Shown: in pieces, positions 59,223 through 64,000 of the stretch
Numbering within the stretch: the stretch's first letter is position 1
Layout of the letters: each line of letters begins with the position of its first letter
Origin: Selaginella moellendorffii
Lineage: Eukaryota > Plantae > Lycopodiophyta
Assembly: GCF_000143415.4 (NCBI RefSeq)
Contig: NW_003314335.1
Location: 55,982 to 119,981, forward strand
DNA: 64,000 bases
Reading direction: 5' to 3'
Position numbers and translations under genes: made by a program
Notes under the pieces: generated by a model
What the model was told of the DNA's origin: nothing
What the model saw: the letters and a program-made list of their open reading frames with translations, nothing else
The model's database searches: none

Positions 59223-59664
59223 AGGAGAGAAGAGGGGGGAGAGAATAAGGCGGAGGTTCTCTCGTTTTTTTCTTTTTTTCTTGGAGAGGAGGTGGTGATT
59301 TTATATCGGGGGTGTGATGGCTACTGGTCCAGCAGCGGCTATATGAGTGCTCCCAAAAGCTTGGAAGTTCTTGAGATCTTTCTCCGCTCTCTCTTTTCTC
59401 TCGCTCTTCTCCTTGCTCGGATCGGATACTCTTCTTTTCTTCAAGTGGTTTTTGTAATATCATCCATCAAAAGCAAGATGCGAGTTGCTTGTACAGTGTT
59501 TTTCTGGAATCAAAATCATTTTAATCGCATTTTATTTCTTTTATCTTATTTTCATTGGATTCTGCTTGAGGAAAGAATGTTATTGGCAGGAATCGAACTG
59601 ATGACCAGATTAATGACTAAGGTCAAACATATTTGAACCTTGGATATAAAATCCCATTCGTTAT

Positions 59665-62436
59665 TTACATGATTGTATGTAAATCCTTAGACAAGGAGCT
59701 GTGGTGGATACCGTAAAAGCTGTACACGAATACGCCAATGACGAGCCATGCCGAAACTCTGAGCCAAGTGGCGCTCCTGCAAATCCCAGAACCACCATAG
59801 AAAATATTATTACAAGTATCAACGAGCTTACCCAAGGTTCGCCAACAAATACACGTTAACCATTATACACATGATAGGAAGAACAGGAACCCCAGGACAG
59901 TGAAATCCTGGTAGGAACAAGCAGCACTTAATCGTTACGTCGAAATGCAAGCGAAGGAATGGAAGAAAAGTTTTGCGTACCTCCTGATTGTCCAAATTGG
60001 TGACGGCCCTCGTCCTGATCGATGAGCAAGAGAATGGCGCTTCCAACGAGCAACATGGAAGTTCCAATCACTCCCATAATCCAGCACAGCCAGCTACAGC
60101 GTTGTGTTAAAAGCTTGCACGAATAAACGCAAGGCATGGAAGACAGTACCTGGGTAATAAAGCTGCGCTTGTCGCGATGCTCAACAGCACCACTCCAATG
60201 CAAACACCAGAGATTCCACAAGCAGCGTATCTTCGTCTGCGTTCCTCCTTTTCTTTTTCTGGAATGCTCGAAAGGTGTTAGTTTCATGCTCGTCAATAGG
60301 AAAGGGACAGATGGTCTCACCGTCGTCGAGACCAAGTCGAGATGAAGATGGCATCCCCGATTGAAGCGCGCTGTCGTCTTCCATCGTCAAATCATTGGAA
60401 GAAGAGCTGCTACTGAGAGAGGTCGCATCGTCGTCCACTTCTGGTATAGATGATTCTGAGAAAATAGATAGAATCGGAGAAGCGTGCTCTTCCTTCTTAA
60501 GATGAACTGGAATGCCCGACTTCTTTTTAACAAAGGGAACTTCCTGGGTGGGAGCCGCTGAAAGTACCAGAGGCTCAATGGGGGGAACGTACCGAAGAAT
60601 CAATATCGACACGGCCACGATCGAGAAGGCCATCAGCGTGCCAACGCTTACCTGTTTTACAACGGGTCAGTCAATCAAAAGCTCGTCACTCCCAAGAAAA
60701 TTACTAACCATTCCGGAAAGCTCGTCGACGTTCAAGAGAAATGCCATGCAGCCGGCCGCGAACCCTGTCACAACTGTGCTGTATACAGGAACTGAAGTAG
60801 CCTTGTTCACTTTGGAGAATAAAGGTGGAAGAAGACCGTCGCGGGACATGGCCATTAAAATTCTTGGCTGCAGGGAAAGAAAAGAGTGAGCAAATATTAT
60901 AGTGATACTTACGCTTTACTTGTGGAAGTAGAGCTCCCAAAAGAGCCGTAGACAATGCTGCTACGGCACCAGCTGCAACAGCATACCTGGCAACATCACA
61001 ATCACAATTACGTCATTGTGTACACGAAGAAGAAATCAAAGCACAAAGTCTTACATTGCCCAGTGCAACCCATTTTTCATGAAGGCGGTGGACATGGGAG
61101 TGTCAAGATCCATTTCGTAGTAAGGTACTATCCCCACCATAACAGCGGATACCACGATATATATGCTGCCGCAAATGAAGAGCGACAGGCCAATGCCGAT
61201 AGGAAGATCCCGCTGCGGATGTTTTACCTGTCACACAGAATAGCAGCACATCACTACTGCAAACATCAAAGATACGAACCTCACCTCTTCAGCGGTACTT
61301 GCAACAGCATCAAAGCCAATAAACGCAAAAAATACAGTCGCCGCGCCACTGAGAAGACCACTGACGCCAAATGGCATGTATCTGCATCTCAAAATCAGTA
61401 TCTGTCACAATAGAACAACGAAAGATAGACTCACCCGCCGGCGAGATTGTAGCCAGGCCAGCCATTTCGAAAACCAAGCCAAGAACCCACCACTATAACA
61501 AACAGAAGAACAGAACAGTTGACAGCAGTCATCACCGTCTGGACGAATGCACTCTACCAACACGATGTAAAAGTTAGAACTTCAGTAGCTGCGATCAATC
61601 GAAAGAACCGATACCTCTCGTATACCGGTGGATAGAAGGCAAGTTACAGCGGCCACAAGTAGAAGAGCGCAAGGATCACAGACGATGCTCGTCCCGGGGA
61701 TTAGTCTGCGTGACAGCCAGCCAGGTAAGTTGGCAGAACCTCCAAAAAATATGGCCTGAGAGAAGCTCAATAATTTCTTTTTCCGAAAGAAAAAAACGAG
61801 AAAATAAAAAGAGAGCGTGAAAAACTCCTACCAGATTTGGAGAAATGCCTCTAGCCACAGCAGCTCCCCCGACCGTGTACTCCAAAATGAGAGCCCATCC
61901 AATGATCCAAGCGATCCTGATCAAACGAAAAGATTTTCTCCCTTGTATCATGCCGGAAGAGGAGAACGTACCCTTCTCCAACGCATAGATAAGCGTAGTG
62001 GTAGGCGCTTCCAGCAGAGGGGCATCTACTCGCGAGCTCTGCATAACAAAACGCCGAGAGAGCCGCGGCAACTCCAGCGATGAGGAACGAAGCTGATAGC
62101 GAAGGACCTGCCTTGTCTCGCGCCACAGTTCCAACCAAAACATAGACTCCAGCGCCGATTGTAGCTCCAATCCCTGCAAATCTCTCAAGATCAACCCAGA
62201 TCGCGAAAATTCACACGCAGTCACCCACCTACAGCCAGGAGCTCCCAGATTTTGAGATGCTTGACGAGCTGGGGGCTCCCCTTGCGATGCTGCTGCGCAT
62301 TGGAATGCTTGCGCCGCGTGAGAGTGGAGAATCCCACACGCTTCCTGCCGCTGACCAAGAAAGGGATGTCGATCGCTGCTGAATCCGCCTCCATCGTCTC
62401 GCCGCTCCCACCGCCGATCTTCTTCCCCTCTTGCAT
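59665..62436 (-). CDS. CAT2: Cationic amino acid transporter (CAT2/3/4-like, vacuolar clade), multi-exon
   Basis: [79 protein letters not shown]. Confidence 0.92.
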
Positions 62437-62966
62437 TCTATCGAAACCTAGCTCCGGATCCCATAGACCGCCAAGGCGTGGAAAACGTGAAGCGGCAAGA
62501 ATCTCACTACCGGCAGCTCAGAGGCGTGAGATTCCGGGGCGGGACCATCAGATCGGCGTCAGCATTGCACAGCGCCCGCGCAGCTGCTCAACGGAAGGAC
62601 CCAAGAACCCTAAAAAAACAAAGGGGGGCGCCCAGTCCACACGATATTAACAAGGACAAAATTTTTGTCCTGGAACTTCCCTTGTCAACACGCGTGCAAC
62701 GAGACAATGTAAAAGATCCAGTGTGTTTCGTGTCGTGTGTTCTTGATTGGTTTGCTCGAGAAGAAAATTGGAGCGAGATTTTTTTTTGGGGGGAGTGGGG
62801 TTTCGATACTGATCGATCCGAGAGATATATATGATGTTTCGATGCTTCAAGAGACACTCCAAGTTGGCGTTGGAAGATCTAGCTACCAAACTTTTGTTAA
62901 CCATTTAACTCATTTTGCTTAATATTGCCATAAGAAACTATATTTCAAATAGTAAAAGAACATCAC

Positions 62967-63935
62967 TCATTTTTTCGATTGTTGATACAATAGAGTTTTG
63001 TGCAGATCCAGATCACACCATTCCTCATGGATATGAAACCAAGGATGGCAAACAACCTCATCCATAGTGATACGCTCTTCCGGATCAAACGCTAACATCC
63101 TGTGCAGAAGATCAATCACTTCGATGGACAAATTCGCGAGCTCAATCTCATCGCAGTCCAGGAAATACGTCTCCCTTTTCTCCACCATCTCTCTCATCAC
63201 GTCCACAAACGGCGTCGCATCGACATCGCTGCTCAAATGGCGCAGCTTCCCGAGCAAGGCGTACCGCAGCGTCATGCCCAAGCTCCAGACATCCGCCGCC
63301 GGCGTGTAGATCCCCTCAAACATAACCTCGGGAGCCATGAAGCCGGGGGTTCCAACAAAATCCATCTCCCACGGCCTGTGCGCGTCGCAAGCCAGGCCAA
63401 AGTCCGCCAACTTTGCGTCGAGCTCCCGGCTGAGGAGAATGTTGGCGGGCTTGATATCGCAGTGGATGACCCCGTTTCTATGGATCTCCCGGAGGCCCTT
63501 GGCGACCGTAAAGAACATCCTCGCCGTGGTTGGCTCCGCGAACTTCACACCCAGGTCGAGGCTGCAGGCGCGCAGTTCCATGACGATGTGGGTCTTAGGG
63601 TTACCACCTTCGCCGCGTTTCTCATCGTAATGAAGGTCCTTGACCTTCATGACACCGTCGTTCACCCTGTCCCCGGCCTTGAGCATCAGACGCACCTCTT
63701 TGGAGCCGCCGCCACTCACGGTCTTGATTGCGAACTCTTGGCCATCGCTCCTCCTCGTAGCCTTGAAAACCACACCGCCGCTTCCACAGCCCAGGAGAGC
63801 CCCCAACTCGTAGCGTCGCTCCAAAGTGCTGGGCTTGATCGCGTCTTCACCTTTCCCATGATGCACAAGTTTGCGTCGTTTCTTTTCCCTCTCCATCTCC
63901 ACAGCTTCAGCCCTGGTCCTCGTCCGGATCCACAT
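62967..63935 (-). CDS. Intronless Ser/Thr protein kinase
   Basis: LGCGSGGVV, FAIK, HCDIKPANILL, DFG, GTPGFMAPE, DVWSLG, DPEERIT...HPW. Confidence 0.92.
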   Translation of the reverse strand: MWIRTRTRAEAVEMEREKKRRKLVHHGKGEDAIKPSTLERRYELGALLGCGSGGVVFKATRRSDGQEFAIKTVSGGGSKEVRLMLKAGDRVNDGVMKVKDLHYDEKRGEGGNPKTHIVMELRACSLDLGVKFAEPTTARMFFTVAKGLREIHRNGVIHCDIKPANILLSRELDAKLADFGLACDAHRPWEMDFVGTPGFMAPEVMFEGIYTPAADVWSLGMTLRYALLGKLRHLSSDVDATPFVDVMREMVEKRETYFLDCDEIELANLSIEVIDLLHRMLAFDPEERITMDEVVCHPWFHIHEEWCDLDLHKTLLYQQSKK

Positions 63936-64000
63936 TGTCTGAAAGAAAAATGGGAAAACCCTATGGGAAAAAAAAATGAGGATCTCTTTTATACACTTAA

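Overview
Eukaryotic land-plant genomic DNA. The compact genes and ~50-60 nt introns suggest a lycophyte such as Selaginella (inference). Three zones. (1) 1-27.6 kb: a rearranged tandem array (period ~7.1 kb) with five minus-strand copies of a Crinkler/RHS-like (CR) P-loop NTPase + restriction-endonuclease-fold gene. Copy 1 is intact, copy 2 is full-length but Walker-A-dead, and copies 3-5 are decayed. The copies are interleaved with intron-containing fragments of host genes (GDH x4, SMC6, an unidentified gene), a Ty3/gypsy LTR+gag remnant, and several inversions, including >=2.1 kb inverted arms around copy 1. (2) 28-50.4 kb: pseudogenes of HSP70-8, pseudouridine-5'-phosphate glycosidase and FRO, one probably intact FRO ferric reductase, then a nested, decayed LTR-retrotransposon cluster. 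(3) 50.5-64 kb: an ordinary gene-dense block with CYCJ18 head-to-head with a SAFE1-like SET-domain gene, a Tudor/Enhancer-of-polycomb-like gene, a CAT amino-acid transporter and an intronless Ser/Thr kinase. There are three 100-N assembly gaps. All protein identities come from motifs I recognised, not from database searches.
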